From the NCBI RefSeq assembly GCF_006345805.1, contig NC_043000.1, forward strand, positions 152,086,001 through 152,150,000: a stretch of DNA of 64,000 nt, read 5' to 3'. Origin of the DNA: Octopus sinensis (Eukaryota). Below the pieces are notes generated by a model that was not told where the DNA came from, searched no databases, and worked only from the letters and a program-made list of their open reading frames with translations. Both the position numbers and the translations under genes were made by a program. This document shows, piece by piece, positions 61,043 through 64,000 of the stretch (its first letter is position 1; the number at the start of each line of letters is the position of its first letter).

Positions 61043-62278
61043 TTTTCTGAGTTTTTAAAAAGAAAAAGTCAACGTTGTGGTGATTTTAAACTTTGAATAT
61101 AGAAGGATATAACTAAACACTGACTTGCATTTTTTTCAACTTACTGAATAAGCAGTACCCATGACCTTTATAGGCTCTTTGAGACTGGTGAAACTTGCAA
61201 TGGTTAAAGAGGGACCATTGCAAGTAAACACCTGGTGGGTAAAAATATGAGCAGAGAGAGAGAATTCCAGAGGACCAATGTTTTAGGACAGAAGGGCGAA
61301 GCCTAATGATTAGTTCAGGACCTGATGGGTAAGACACAGCAAGGATGATAGAGGCTTCCCCTATCATTGTCATTCATTGCCTTTTACTCAAAGTCAAAAA
61401 TAACAGAAAGAGAAATGGCCCAGTGATAGAGCACCAAATTTGCTGGAAATATCTAATATCTAATTCTCAAAGGTTATCATTTTACATCTAATATCAAAAT
61501 CATTTGGTCTCATATGAAAGAATTCAAACTTAGAGCTGTAAGCTATCTCAAACTGCATGGTGTATTTTGAGGTAGTTTACAAATTTTAGTTTGAAGTCTT
61601 CCATGAGATTAAATGATTTTGAGGCTGGATGTTAACAGCTAATGAGTATTAAAAACCAGATATTAATTACTAGAGATTATTTCGTATGTGAGATTAAATA
61701 TTATCAGAGAAAAGTTATTGAAGATTAGTTTAAAACATATGAAATATTTTAAAAATTATCTCTTTGTTATCTTTAAAAGAACACTCAATTACTAAGACCT
61801 TGTCTCATGCCTTTGAGTATCTTACTACTTGAAGGTTGCTATTAAAAATGATTTATCTTTTTCATTGGATTTAAAGGAAAAAGTAATGAGAGAGAGAATG
61901 TTAAAAATATATCCAAATTTTGTTATTTTCTTTTCTGAGGTTTTAAAAATAAAAGTCAACGTTGTGGTGATTTTAAGCTTGGAATATAGAAGGATATAAC
62001 TAAACACTGACTTGCATTTTTTCCAACTTACTGAATCAGGAAGAAGGAGCAGTTCCCATGATCTTTATAGGCCCTTTGAGACTGGTGAAACTTGCAATGG
62101 TTAAAGACCATTGCAAGTAAAAACCTGGTGGGTAAAAATATGAGTAGAGAGAGAATTCCAGAGGACCAATGCTTTAGGACAGAAGGGCTAGGCCTAATGA
62201 TTAGTTCAGGACCTGAGGGGTAAGATACAGCAAGGATGATAGAGGCTTCCTCTATCATTGCCATTTACTCAAAGTCAA
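61043..62278 (+). repeat. Direct duplication of a ~350-bp block (61043-61397 and 61931-62278)
   Basis: Collinear high-identity copies separated by about 530 nt of unrelated AT-rich DNA. Confidence 0.9.
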
Positions 62279-62499
62279 CTGTAAGCATCCCTTGAATCTT
62301 ATTTTCATTTTTTGATCAAATCATGTTTAGAGGAATGAAAAGCAAAATCAATTTCCAGAAGAATAAAATTTACAATTGATTTATCTACCAAAGTACCAAA
62401 GAAAGTAATATTTATACAAATACATAATACATTGACTATTGATTGTTAATCGTACTTTTTATACCTTATCTTGTGAAACATTTTTTCATTTTTTTTCAG

Positions 62500-62620
62500 T
62501 CCAAGAATAGTAACTTCTGATGGTCATCTTATATTCATGACTGGTGTAAACCATAACATTACTTTCAAGTCATCCTCAGGTGGTTTTGTTAACATCGATG
62601 GGCATGATTTAAAAGATTTG
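62500..62620 (+). CDS. CUBN: Cubilin-like gene, coding exon 2
   Basis: Acceptor ttttttcattttttttcag, donor ttg|gtaata. Translation PRIVTSDGHLIFMTGVNHNITFKSSSGGFVNIDGHDLKDL resembles the recalled cubilin N-terminus [38 protein letters not shown]. The EGF/CUB exons would lie beyond the window. Confidence 0.78.
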
Positions 62621-62789
62621 GTAATATAATTTCTTTTTTATTTTTTGTCTCAAAAGTGTTTTATTTCTTTATTCAAGAGAAAGCATTTTCTGGCTTAACT
62701 CTTATTTTCTTTTTGAGTACCATAACATATTTTGAAGTTTTTGGCAATTTTAATAAACTGTTTCTTTGTTGTTGGCTTTTGACTATGCA

Positions 62790-63190
62790 TTCTTTACGTG
62801 GTGGCACCACATAAAAAGCACATGCACTGGTGCCACATACAGAGACCCAGTACCAGCACCACATGAGGAGTACCCATACTGTCACCATTTATGGAACACC
62901 TGTGCTGGCACCATGTAAAAGGCACCTATCCCAGTGTCATGTAAAGGGCACCCATGCTGGAGTCACATATAGAACACCTGTGCCACCACCATGTAAAGAG
63001 CCACCATGCCAGTGTCATGTAAACAGTACCAAGTACTCACTGTGATGTGGTTGGTACTAGGAAGGGTATCCAACCATAGAAACCATACCAAAACAGATGA
63101 CTGAGCCTAGTGCATCTCTCCGACTTGCCAGCTCCTGTCAAACTTTCCAGCCCATGCCTGTATGGAAAATGACATTAAATGATGATTATG
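62790..63190 (+). mobile_element. Old family C-related copy with short decayed tandem units
   Basis: Repeated gccatgtaaaa..cacc-like units, then gtggttggtactaggaagggtatcc and atgatgatt. Confidence 0.6.
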
Positions 63191-64000
63191 GCAATGACTG
63201 TTCATCTTTTATAGAAATCGTTAAAGACTGAGATTGATTGTTTCCATATATGGTGGTCTTTGTTTAATTCCTACTGGATTCTTTTGATAAAGAAAATTGA
63301 TTAAATTAACTCCAGTACCAATTTTGTTATTCTGATTTGAATTTGAACTTTGAACTTTCTACTGACAGCCATGGAAACCACACCACTTATTGTTATCTCT
63401 ATAGATCTCACTATAGTGATGTCAGTAAGTGACATCCTATAATCTTTATAATTGCACGCGAGAAAGAGGGGTCAACATCTTTAAACGACAAGAAAATAAG
63501 AATTTGTAAGACGTTTGTTATAAGTCATAACATATTTATTACTGAATGTAATGTGTTAACATATAAGGTTAATTGAAGGAAATGCTTGTAACATCACATG
63601 AACATATTTTGCAATCATGTCTCAAAGCAAATAAGGTGAACATCCGCTTGTGTGGGTGTGTATGCAAGTGGTGTGACTCAGTACATGTTTAGGAACTGAC
63701 TGGCAAGAGTGGCTGAAATTAGAAATGTGTTCCTTTATATAAGGGATGAATCAGAAGTCCCTGACTTCCACGTTATCCGGAAGTTAATCGGAAGCTTCTA
63801 GAAAGTTCAAGAATTTTCAAGAAGGTTGGGGGAGATTACTCTCGTTAGAGCCCTTTTTCGTTTTGCTTCCTTGCTTGACCGCCAGGGGTCACTACATCAC
63901 TCTAGTCTTCAATAATGATTTGATCGATGATATGTAGCTCTTTTCTAAAGGCCTGTTTCAGGAATTGAACCCTTAACTGCAAGTTAGTAAAATACACATC

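Noticed and set aside
63500-63960. Possible solo LTR or other repeat at the window end
   Set aside because: No paired LTR, clear TG...CA ends or TSD could be identified within the window.

Overview
AT-rich, repeat-dense animal genomic DNA. The SINE/LINE repertoire resembles what I recall for Octopus (coleoid cephalopod); this is inference, not a database result. Two spliced host genes lie on the + strand. (1) A CDV3 homolog: four phase-consistent coding exons at 9004-9083, 17680-17834, 18778-18964 and 22073-22184 (stop); its first exon is not visible and probably lies upstream of the window. (2) The 5' end of a cubilin-like gene: exon 1 at 43503-43612 (signal peptide plus RKKR site), an 18.9-kb intron, and exon 2 at 62500-62620. 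Almost everything else is transposon-derived: several tRNA-derived SINE families, about 20 copies of an RTE 3'-UTR with hairpin tandem units, RTE, CR1/L2-group, R4/Dong and Penelope fragments, a full-length but broken mariner, a Gypsy integrase remnant, a rearranged Merlin transposase, hAT, piggyBac and Merlin-like MITEs, non-autonomous Helitrons, and microsatellites. The most interesting candidate is a tRNA-headed SINE-like element carrying a Penelope-type minimal hammerhead ribozyme motif. It is present as a head-to-head fold-back pair immediately upstream of a CDV3 splice acceptor. Most six-frame ORFs are repeat artefacts. Boundaries of degraded repeats are approximate.
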